Below are positions 12,001 through 23,800 of a stretch of 64,000 bases of DNA, piece by piece. Below the pieces are notes generated by a model. That model worked only from the letters and a program-made list of their open reading frames with translations. It did no database searches and had not been told where the DNA came from. Source of the DNA: Haplodiscus bocki. Its lineage: Eukaryota. Within the stretch, counting starts at the first letter, position 1; each line of letters begins with the position of its first letter. The stretch is taken from contig OZ296651.1 of assembly GCA_965655095.1 (NCBI GenBank), positions 45,880,001 to 45,944,000 of the forward strand. The letters run 5' to 3'. A program made the position numbers and the translations under genes.

Positions 12001-15000
12001 ATCACTTTTTGGCATGTGTAGATAAGTTTTTGGAAACCAATAACCCCGGTAACGTGTTTTGAAATTGACAAAGTGAGGCATAAGTCTCAACGGAGTGAAA
12101 AGCTATGTTTTTCATTCACTTCAACTGAAGTTTGTCGCTGCATAAGCGTCACATTGTACATAGTGAACGTGTATGGGCAGCCGAGCATTTTAATGTTGTT
12201 AGGTATCCAAAAAGTCTCCACCAAACGAAAATACGGCCAGTTAGTGTACGAAAAACATGAAAAACTGTTTTGAATCAACTCACTTTTCTTGGGCGGAAAG
12301 ATTACAAAGTTCTGAAAGTTTTCCCTAACTCTAATTAAAATGTCGCAAATAACTGTATTTTGCTTGACTGTGGGGATTATGAACGAATTGATGTTGTTTT
12401 CTATTGAAAATGCTTTTTCGCGTTTCATGCCAATTTTCGAAAGTCCCAGATATTGCGGTAAAAGTTGGTCATCTTTTTTTTCCAACGTTCTACATTCTTC
12501 TTTGGTCCTGATCCTTTTTTAACCTGTACTTCTGCAGCAAATAGGCCCTCTTACGTAAAACCACCGAAAACGCATGAAAATCACATTGCTTGAAGATCAT
12601 TCTCGACTTAATTTACAAAATTCAGAATATCTTTGGTGAAGGTCATGTTGTCGTAGACCTGCCTTATCTGACTCATTTCTCTCGTCAGGTTTTGAACTAT
12701 TACTGATCATCCTTCTGTTTATCTATTTGTGTGGATGAAATTGGACCTGTGCTAAAAACTGCTAAAACTTGGAAAGTAGGCCAACGTATTGAGCCCTTAA
12801 TCTAGGCTTTTCTGAATCGTTTCGTTCCTCTGAGCCGACGATGGTGGCTGTTTCTGTGAATTCCTTTCCCTCTGCAAAGCATCTTGTTTTCAATTGTTCC
12901 TGGTTTTTTTCCCTGCTCAACTAGGCCAATTCTTAGACTGAAGTTTTCAACTGATTCCTACTGTTTTCCGTTCAATGAAAGTCCATGGAAAAAATTTTTG
13001 TCCGAAGGCGTTTTTCCAGATAACCGATGGCACCGCACTTTTGAGAAACGCGATTTCATTGGATGAGGAGTTGGACGCTTTAGGATACGCGCTGTACAAG
13101 TGACAAAGAGTAATAATGCTGGATGTTATGCTGGTGCCGAATTCCTGTCGACAAACAATCTTGGTACCGTCTTTGGATTCAAAATGCAGTGAGGAAGATA
13201 CAGTTGATCTTTTACAACATAAAATAAAACAGTGCTAATTTAGTTGCTACATCTTGGGGGATGACAAAGTTGAGACTAAAAATACATCTGGACACGGAAC
13301 AGGGTCATCGCATCCTGCACGCAATGAACATTGACCGGAAGCGCATAAATCTCGCAAGCAATAACAACTACAAACGAAGCGCTTGCGTTATTGTTGATCA
13401 AAAGAATCCTTAATAATGCCAAAGGAGGCCACTTTTGTAGTTGACCTTTTAGAAAAACTTGAAATTTGAGCCTACTGGAGATGATTTTAGCTTTTTTTGA
13501 GGTTTACCTATATGTGTTTCAAGTACCAGGATCATCGATTTCTCACTCAATTTTTTGTATCTTTGATCGGATATATCTTTTCAAAACTTTACATTGCCTT
13601 TGGTCCGAGTATGAATGGGATTTGATCTCATTTGGAGAGTTCCGAACCTGCCCAGGTGCTCTTGATCTCCCCCAACGATGAGTTTACTGCTCAATTTCGA
13701 ACCGTCACGCTAGAAGTTGTTTGTACCATGTGCACTGTGCCGAGGGCCATTGAGTTTTCTATCGCTTTAAACTCGCGATCATTTATTGTTCGATGGGCGA
13801 CTCCCTAAACAAATTCACTACCTTAGAAAGTCAGTTACCGGCTTCCGGCCAAGATGTCAAAAGTATTGTGGTTAGTCGTGCACCCAACGCGTTCTTCGTT
13901 GTTCCGGTTTAGTTTCTTCCCTGTCGTGATTTTAAACTCCGAATGTATTTAGAAGGGAATATCTGACAATATACTGGCGAGATCTTTAGTTCACACCCAG
14001 AAACACCGGTAATATCAAATTGGTAAAAAAAAATCTTTCTGGGGAGGAACTCACTGACAAATTGCTTGTTTCTTAAACAGGTTCGGTGGTAGTGCCGACT
14101 GTTTTCCCTGTCAGATTTTTGAACATCGATCTTACCCATACAAAATTTATTTCAGTGTTGAAATTAAGACGGCCTAAACCATAATCGCAGTACTTTAGTT
14201 CAAATAGACAATACAGATAGAAAAGTTTTACAAGAAGTACAGATTAACGCAAAACTGATGAGTTTTGCTTAAAGTCTGAAAATCACTTTTTGGCATGTGT
14301 AGATAAGTTTTTGGAAACCAATAACCCCGGTAACGTGTTTTGAAATTGACAAAGTGAGGCATAAGTCTCAACGGAGTGAAAAGCTATGTTTTTCATTCAC
14401 TTCAACTGAAGTTTGTCGCTGCATAAGCGTCACATTGTACATAGTGAACGTGTATGGGCAGCCGAGCATTTTAATGTTGTTAGGTATCCAAAAAGTCTCC
14501 ACCAAACGAAAATACGGCCAGTTAGTGTACGAAAAACACGAAAAACTGTTTTGAATCAACTCACTTTTCTTGGGCGGAAAGATTACAAAGTTCTGAAAGT
14601 TTTCCCTAACTCTAATTAAAATGTCGCAAATAACTGTATTTTGCTTGACTGTGGCGATTATGAACGAATTGATGTTGTTTTCTATGGAAAATGCTTTTTC
14701 GCGTTTCATGCCAATTTTCGAAAGTCCCAGATATTGCGGTAAAAGTTGGGCATCTTTTTTTTCCAACGTTCTACATTCTTCTTTGGTCCTGATCCTTTTT
14801 TAACCTGTACTTCTGCAGCAAATAGGCCCTCTTACGTAAAACCACCGAAACACGCATGAAAATCACTTTGCCTGAAAATCACATTTCAACCTTATTTACT
14901 GAATTCAGAATATAATTGGTCAAGGTCAGGTTATCTTTGAGCTGCGTTATCTGACTCATTTCTTTTGTCGGGTTTTGAACTATCCCTGATCATCCTTCTG

Positions 15001-15800
15001 TTTATCTATTTTTGTGGATGAAATTGGACCTGTGCTAAAAACTGCTAAAACTTGGAAAGTAGGCCAACGTATTGAGCCCTTAATCTAGGCTTTTCTGAAT
15101 CGTTTCGTTCCTCTGAGCCAACGATGGTGGCTGTTTCTGTGAATTCCTTTCCCTCTGCAAAGCATCTTGTTTTCAATTGTTCCTGGTTTTTTTCCCTGCT
15201 CAACTAGGCCAATTCTTAGACTGAAGTTTTCAACTGATTCCTACTGTTTTCCGTTCAATGAAAGTCCATGGAATAATTTTTTGTCCGAAGGCGTTTTTCC
15301 AGATAACCGATGGCACCGCACTTTTGAGAAACGCGATTTCATTGGATGAGGAGTTGGACGCTTTAGGATACGCGCTGTACAAGTGACAAAGAGTAATAAT
15401 GCTGGATGTTATGCTGGTGCCGAATTCCTGTCGACAAACAATCTTGGTACCGTCTTTGGATTCAAAATGGAGTGAGGAAGATACAGTTGATCTTTTACAA
15501 CATAAAATAAAACAGTGCTAATTTAGTTGCTACATCTTGGGGGATGACAAAGTTGAGACTAAAAATACATCTGTACACGGAACAGGGTCATCGCATCCTG
15601 CACGCAATGAACATTGACCGGAAGCGCATAAATCTCGCAAGCAATAACAACTGCAAACGAAGCGCTTGCCTTGTTGTTGATTAAAAGAATCCTTAATAAT
15701 GCCAAAGGAGGCCACTTTTGTAGTTGACCTTTTAGAAAAACTTGAAGTTTGAGCCTACTAGAGATGATTTTAGCTTTTTTTGAGGTTTACCTATATGTGT
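1..15800. repeat. Macrosatellite subfamily A (~2284 bp units, lacking a ~150-bp segment present in B units)
   Basis: Seven units of 2282-2296 bp. The junction GAACATCGAT|CTTAC (e.g. ~416) lies where B units carry ~150 extra bp (16406-16555). Unit 1 is more diverged over ~1400-2260. Confidence 0.95.
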
Positions 15801-18800
15801 TTCAAGTACCAGAATCATCGATTTCTCACTCATTTTTTTGAAACTTTGATCGATTATATCTTTTCAAAACTTTGCATTGCCTTCTCTCCAAATATGTGTT
15901 GGATTTGATCTCATTTCGCGTGTTCCGAACCTGCTCAGCTGCTCTTGATCTCTCCCAACGATGAGTTTACTGCTCAATTTCGAACCGTCACGCTAGAAGT
16001 TGTTTTTACCATGTGCACTGTGCCGAGGACCATTGAGTTTTCTATCGCTTGGAACTCGTGACCTCTTATTGTTCGATGGGCGACTCCCTAAATAAATTCA
16101 CTGCTTTAATAAGTCAGTTACCGGCCTGGCGCCAAGTTTTCAAAAGTATTGTGGTTAGTCGTTCAGCCAACGCATTCTTCGTTGTTCCCGTTTAGTTTCT
16201 CCAGTATTGTGATTTTAAACTTCGAATGTCATTGAGAGATTGTCTCACAATATACAGCTGAGATCTTTAGCTCATACCCCAGGGACACAGGTAATGAAAT
16301 TGGTCAAAAAAATTGTTTCTGGGGAGGAACGCAATTGCAAATTGTTTTTTAACAGGTTGGGTGGTAGTGCCGAATGTTATCCCTGTCACGCTTTTGACCA
16401 TCAATTTTTTTTGAGGGAATATCTGGTAATACACTGTGGAGGTCGTCAGCTCTCACGCTAGGAGCACAGATAATAACCGACGAGTAGGCAAACGGTCAAT
16501 GTTGGGCGCCATTTTGTTTTGAAATGAAACTGTGTAGACGTGCGTGTAGTTTATACTTACACATGCAGATTTTGCTCCAGTTGTGGAATCAAGACGGCTT
16601 AAACCCTAATGGTAGTACTTTAGTTCACATAGACGAAACAAATATGACGTAAGGAAAGTTTTACGAAAATCATAGAGAAACGCAAAACTGAGGAATTTTG
16701 CTCAACGTCTGAAAATCACCTTTTGGCAAACGTGTAATTAAATCGTTGACAACCAATGACTCCGGTAACGTGATCTGAAAATGACAAAGTTAGTCATTAG
16801 TCTCAGCGGAGTCAAAAGTTTTGTTTTTCATTCACCTAAACTGGAATTTGTCGCTTCTTAGGCGTCACATTGTACATAGTGAACGTGTATGGGCAGCCGA
16901 ATTTTTCAATGCTGTTGTTAGGTGTCCATAAAGTCTCCACCAAACGGAAATAAGGCCACTTAGTGTCGAAAAACATGAAAAACTGTTTTGAATCAACCTA
17001 ATTTTCGAAGGCAAAGAAATTAGAGTTTTGAAAGTTTTCCCTAACTCTATTACACTGTCGCAAGTATTTGTTTTGCTTGAATTTTGCGATTATGAACGAA
17101 TTGATGATTTTCCATATGAAAAATGCTCTTTCATAGACTTTTAAACCAAAACTCGAAAGTCCCAGATTTTGTAACAAAAGTTGGTGATCATTTTTTCCCA
17201 CGTTCTCCATTCTCCTTTGGTCCTGATCCTTTTTAATCTGTACTTTTGCAGCAAATAGGAGCTCTTACGTGAAACCACCGCGACACGCTTGAAAATCACA
17301 TTGCTTGAAGATCATTCTCGACTTTATTTACTGAATTCAGAATATAATTGGTCAAGGTCAGGTTATCTTTGAGCTGCGTTATCTGACTCATTTCTTTTGT
17401 CGGGTTTTGAACTATCCCTGATCATCCTTCTGTTTATCTATTTTTGTGGATGAAATTGGACCTGTGCTAAAAACTGCTAAAACTTGGAAAGTAGGCCAAC
17501 GTATTGAGCCCTTAATCTAGGCTTTTCTGAATCGTTTCGTTCCTCTGAGCCAACGATGGTGGCTGTTTCTGTGAATTCCTTTCCCTCTGCAAAGCATCTT
17601 GTTTTCAATTGTTCCTGGTTTTTTTCCCTGCTCAACTAGGCCAATTCTTAGACTGAAGTTTTCAACTGATTCCTACTGTTTTCCGTTCAATGAAAGTCCA
17701 TGGAATAATTTTTTGTCCGAAGGCGTTTTTCCAGATAACCGATGGCACCGCACTTTTGAGAAACGCGATTTCATTGGATGAGGAGTTGGACGCTTTAGGA
17801 TACGCGCTGTACAAGTGACAAAGAGTAATAATGCTGGATGTTATGCTGGTGCCGAATTCCTGTCGACAAACAATCTTGGTACCGTCTTTGGATTCAAAAT
17901 GGAGTGAGGAAGATACAGTTGATCTTTTACAACATAAAATAAAACAGTGCTAATTTAGTTGCTACATCTTGGGGGATGACAAAGTTGAGACTAAAAATAC
18001 ATCTGTACACGGAACAGGGTCATCGCATCCTGCACGCAATGAACATTGACCGGAAGCGCATAAATCTCGCAAGCAATAACAACTGCAAACGAAGCGCTTG
18101 CCTTGTTGTTGATTAAAAGAATCCTTAATAATGCCAAAGGAGGCCACTTTTGTAGTTGACCTTTTAGAAAAACTTGAAGTTTGAGCCTACTAGAGATGAT
18201 TTTAGCTTTTTTTGAGGTTTACCTATATGTGTTTCAAGTACCAGAATCATCGATTTCTCACTCATTTTTTTGAAACTTTGATCGATTATATCTTTTCAAA
18301 ACTTTGCATTGCCTTCTCTCCAAATATGTGTTGGATTTGATCTCATTTCGCGTGTTCCGAACCTGCTCAGCTGCTCTTGATCTCTCCCAACGATGAGTTT
18401 ACTGCTCAATTTCGAACCGTCACGCTAGAAGTTGTTTTTACCATGTGCACTGTGCCGAGGACCATTGAGTTTTCTATCGCTTGGAACTCGTGACCTCTTA
18501 TTGTTCGATGGGCGACTCCCTAAATAAATTCACTGCTTTAATAAGTCAGTTACCGGCCTGGCGCCAAGTTTTCAAAAGTATTGTGGTTAGTCGTTCAGCC
18601 AACGCATTCTTCGTTGTTCCCGTTTAGTTTCTCCAGTATTGTGATTTTAAACTTCGAATGTCATTGAGAGATTGTCTCACAATATACAGCTGAGATCTTT
18701 AGCTCATACCCCAGGGACACAGGTAATGAAATTGGTCAAAAAAATTGTTTCTGGGGAGGAACGCAATTGCAAATTGTTTTTTAACAGGTTGGGTGGTAGT

Positions 18801-20878
18801 GCCGAATGTTATCCCTGTCACGCTTTTGACCATCAATTTTTTTTGAGGGAATATCTGGTAATACACTGTGGAGGTCGTCAGCTCTCACGCTAGGAGCACA
18901 GATAATAACCGACGAGTAGGCAAACGGTCAATGTTGGGCGCCATTTTGTTTTGAAATGAAACTGTGTAGACGTGCGTGTAGTTTATACTTACACATGCAG
19001 ATTTTGCTCCAGTTGTGGAATCAAGACGGCTTAAACCCTAATGGTAGTACTTTAGTTCACATAGACGAAACAAATATGACGTAAGGAAAGTTTTACGAAA
19101 ATCATAGAGAAACGCAAAACTGAGGAATTTTGCTCAACGTCTGAAAATCACCTTTTGGCAAACGTGTAATTAAATCGTTGACAACCAATGACTCCGGTAA
19201 CGTGATCTGAAAATGACAAAGTTAGTCATTAGTCTCAGCGGAGTCAAAAGTTTTGTTTTTCATTCACCTAAACTGGAATTTGTCGCTTCTTAGGCGTCAC
19301 ATTGTACATAGTGAACGTGTATGGGCAGCCGAATTTTTCAATGCTGTTGTTAGGTGTCCATAAAGTCTCCACCAAACGGAAATAAGGCCACTTAGTGTCG
19401 AAAAACATGAAAAACTGTTTTGAATCAACCTAATTTTCGAAGCCAAAGAAATTAGAGTTTTGAAAGTTTTCCCTAACTCTATTACACTGTCGCAAGTATT
19501 TGTTTTGCTTGAATTTTGCGATTATGAACGAATTGATGATTTTCCATATGAAAAATGCTCTTTCATAGACTTTTAAACCAAAACTCGAAAGTCCCAGATT
19601 TTGTGACAAAAGTTGGTGATCATTTTTTCCCACGTTCTCCATTCTCCTTTGGTCCTGATCCTTTTTAATCTGTACTTTTGCAGCAAATAGGAGCTCTTAC
19701 GTGAAACCACCGCGACACGCTTGAAAATCACATTGCTTGAAGATCATTCTCGACTTTATTTACAAAATTCAGAATATCTTTGGTCAAGGTCATGTTGTCG
19801 TAGACCTGCCTTATCTGACTCATTTCTCTCGTCAGGTTTTGAACTATTACTGATCATCCGTCTGTTTATCTATTTGTGTGGATGAAATTGGACCTGTGCT
19901 AAAACTGCTAAAACTTGGAAAATAGGCCAACATATTGAGCCATTAATCTAGGCTTTTCTGAATCGTTTCGTTCCTCTGAGCCCACATTGGTGTGTGTGTG
20001 TGAATTCCTTTCCCTCTGCAAAGCATCTTGTTTTCAACTGTTCTCTGGTTTCTTCGTCTTGCTCAACTAGGCCAATTTATAGACTGAATTTTTCAACTGA
20101 TTCCTACTGTTATCCGTTCAATGAAAGTCCATAGAATAAGTTTTGGTCCGAAGGCGTTTTTCCAGATAACTAATGGCCACGCATTTTTGAGAAGCGCGAT
20201 TTTTTGGATGACGAGTTGAACGCTTAGGAATACGTGCTATACAATGGAGAGAGTAATAATGCTGGATGTTATGCTGGTGCCGAATTCCTGTCGACAAACA
20301 ATCTTGGTACCGTCTTTGGATTCAAAATGCAGTGAGGAAGATACAGTTGATCTTTTACAACATAAAATAAAACAGGGCTTTTCAGTGCTAATTTAGTTGC
20401 TTCATCTTGGGAGATGACAAAGCTGAGACTAAAAATACATCTGGACACGGACCAGGGTCATCGTATCCTGCACGCAATGAACATTGACCGGAAGCGCATA
20501 AATCTCGCAAGCAATAACAACTGCAAACGAAGCGCTTGCCTTATTGTTGATTAAAAGAATCCTTAATAATGCCAAAGGAGGCCACTTTTGTAGTGGACCT
20601 TTTAGAAAAATTTGAAGTTTGAGCCTACTAGAGATGATTTTAGCTTTTTTTGAGGTTTACCTATGTGTGTTTCAAGTACCAGAATCATCGATTTCTCACT
20701 CAATTTTTTGAAACTTTGATCGATTATATCTTTTCAAAACTTTGCATTGCCTTCTTTCCAAATATGCGTTGGATTTGATCTCATTTCGCGTGTTCCGAAC
20801 CTGCTCAGCTGCTCTTGATCTCTCCCAACGATGAGTTTACTGCTCAATTTCGAACCGTCACGCTAGAAGTTGTTTTTA
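15800..20878. repeat. A/B mosaic units at the subfamily boundary
   Basis: Diagnostic sites switch A->B at ~15796-15812, B->A at ~17324-17331 (shared TTATTTAC) and A->B again at ~18228-18244. ORFs 15167/17599, 15530/17962 and 16240/18672 are identical at an offset of 2432. Confidence 0.9.
16501..16517 (-). other. tRNA-Lys(CUU)-type primer binding site next to an LTR-end-like CA (in full-length B units)
   Basis: The + strand GTTGGGCGCCA equals the 3' 11 nt of eukaryotic tRNA-Lys(CUU) including CCA. The minus strand reads ...AAACA-AAA-TGGCGCCCAAC, the usual LTR-end / short spacer / PBS layout. It overlaps a YY1-like CAAAATGGCG. Confidence 0.5.
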
Positions 20879-23800
20879 CCATGTGCACTGTGCCGAGGAC
20901 CTTTGAGTTTTCTATCGCTTGGAACTCGTGACCTCTTATTGTTCGATGGGCGACTCCCTAAATAAATTCACTGCTTTAGTAAGTCAGTTACCGGCCTGGC
21001 GCCAAGTTTTCAAAAGTATTGTGGTTAGTCGTTCAGCCAAGGCATTCTTCATTGTTCCCGTTTAGTTTCTCCAGTATTGTGATTTTAAACTTCGAATGCC
21101 ATTGAGAGATTGTCTCACAATATACAGCTGAGATCTTTAGCTCATACCCCAGGGACACAGATAATGAAATTGGTCAAAAAAATTGTTTCTGTGGAGGAAC
21201 GCAATTGCAAATTGTTTTTTAACAGGTTGGGTGGTAGTGCGGAATGTTATCCCATTTTGTTTTGAAATGAAACTGTGTAGACGTGCGTGTAGTTGATACT
21301 TACCCATGCAGATTTTGCTCCAGTTGTGGAATCAAGACGGGTTAAACCCTAATGGTAGTACTTTAGTTCACATAGACAAAACAAATATGACGTAAGGAAA
21401 GTTTACGAAAATCATAGAGAAACGCAAAACTGAGGAATTTTGCTCAACGTCTGAAAATCACCTTTTGGCAAATGTGTAATTAAATCGTTGACAACCAATG
21501 ACTCCGGTAACGTGATCTGAAAATGACAAAGTTAGTCATTAGTCTCAGCGGAGTCAAAAGTTTTGTTTTTCATTCACCTAAACTGGAATTTGTCGCTTCT
21601 TAGGCGTCACATTGTACATAGTGAACGTGTATGGGCAGCCGAATTTTTCAATGCTGTTGTTACGTGTCCATAAAGTCTCCACCAAACGGAAATAAGGCCA
21701 CTTAGTGTCGAAAAACATGAAAAACTGTTTTGAATCAAACTAATTTTCGAAGCCAAAGAAATTAGAGTTTTGAAAGTTTTCCCTAACTCTATTACACTGT
21801 CGCAAATATTTGTTTTGCTTGAATTTTGCGATTATGAACGAATTGATGATTTTCCATATGAAAAATGCTATCTCATAGACTTTTAAACCAAAACTCGAAA
21901 GTCCCAGATTTTGTGACAAAAGTTGGTGATCATTTTTTCCCACGTTCTCCATTCTCCTTTGGTCCTGATCCTTTTTAATCTGTACTTTTGCAGCAAATAG
22001 GAGCTCTTACGTGAAACCACCGCGACACGCTTGAAAATCACATTGCTTCAAGATCATTCTCGACTGTATTTACAAAATAAAGAATTTCCTTGGTCAAGGT
22101 CAGGTTGTCGCAGACCTGCGTTATCTGACTCATTTCTCTCGTCTGGTTTTGTACTCTCCCTGATCATGCTTCTGTTTATCCATTTGTGTGGATGAGATTG
22201 GACCTGTGCTAAAACTGCTGAAACTTGGAAAAAAGGCCAACATATTGAGCCATTAATCTAGGCTTTTCTGAATCGTTTCGTTCCTCTGAGCCCACATTGG
22301 TGTGTGTTTGTGTTATTTTCTTTCCCTCTGCAAAGCATCTTGTTTCAACTGTTCCCTGGTTTCTTCGTCCTGCTCAACAAGGCCAATATATAGACTGAAA
22401 TATTCAACTGATTCCTACTGTTTTCCGTTCAATGAAATCCATAGAATAAATTTTGGTCCGAAGGCGTTTTTCCAGATAACTAATGGCCACGCAATTTTGA
22501 GAAGCGCGTTTTTTTGGATGACGAGTTGAACGCTTTGGAATACGCGCTGTACAATGGAGAGAGTAATCATGCTGGATATTATGCTGATGCCGAATTGCTG
22601 TCGCGAACAATGTTGGTATTGTCTATGTATTGAAAATGCATTGAGGAAGATACAGTTGAATTTTTACAGCAATTGTAACAGGGCTTTTCACTGCTAAAAT
22701 AGTTATTACATCTTGGGGGATGACAAAGTTGAGACTAAAATTACATCTGGACACGGAACAGTGTCATCGCATCCTTCACACAATAAACAATGACCGGAAG
22801 CGGATAATTCTCCGGAGGAATAACTGGAAACGCAGCGCAGGCGCTATTTTCGATCGAAAGAATCCTTAATAATGCCAAGTGAGGCCACTTTCGTAGTGGA
22901 CCTTTTAGAAAAACTTGAAGTTTGAGCCTACTAGAAATGATTTTAGCTTTTTTTTTGAGGTTTACCTATGTGTGTTTCAAGTACCAGAATCATCGATTTC
23001 TCAATCAATTTTTTGAAACTTTGATTTATTATATCTTTTCAAAACTTTGCATTGCCTTCTTTCCCAATATGCGTTGGATTTGATCTCATTTCGCGTGTTT
23101 CGAACCTGCTCAGCTGCTCTTGATCTCTCCCAACGATGAGTTTACTGCTCAATTTCGAACCGTCACGCGAGAAGTTGTTTTTACCATGTGCACTGTGCCG
23201 AGGAGCATTGAGTTTTCTATCGCTTGGAACTCGTGACCTCTTATTGTTCGATGGGCGACTCCCTAAATAAATTCACTGCTTTAATAAGTCAGTTACCGGC
23301 CTGGCGCCAAGTTTTCAAAAGTATTGTGGTTAGTCGTTCAGCCAACGCATTCTTCGTTGTTCCCGTTTAGTTTCTCCAGTATTGTGATTTTAAACTTCGA
23401 ATGTCATTGAGAGATTGTCTCACAATATAGAGCTGAGATCTTTAGCTCATACCCCAGGGACACAGGTAATGAAATTGGTCAAAAAAATTGTTTCTGGGGA
23501 GGAACGCAATTGCAAATTGTTTTTTAACAGGTTGGGTGGTAGTGCCGAATGTTATCCCTGTCACGCTTTTGACCATCAATTTTTTTTGAGGGAATATCTG
23601 GTAATACACTGTGGAGGTCGTCAGCTCTCACGCTAGGAGCACAGATAATAACCGACGAGTAGGCAAACGGTCAATGTTGGGCGCCATTTTGTTTTGAAAT
23701 GAAACTGTGTAGACGTGCGTGTAGTTTATACTTACACATGCAGATTTTGCTCCAGTTGTGGAATCAAGACGGCTTAAACCCTAATGGTAGTACTTTAGTT

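Noticed and set aside
16553-16570. ATACTTAC resembles the U1 snRNA 5' end
   Set aside because: It continues ACATG/CCATG rather than CTGG, and lacks the U1 loops and Sm site.
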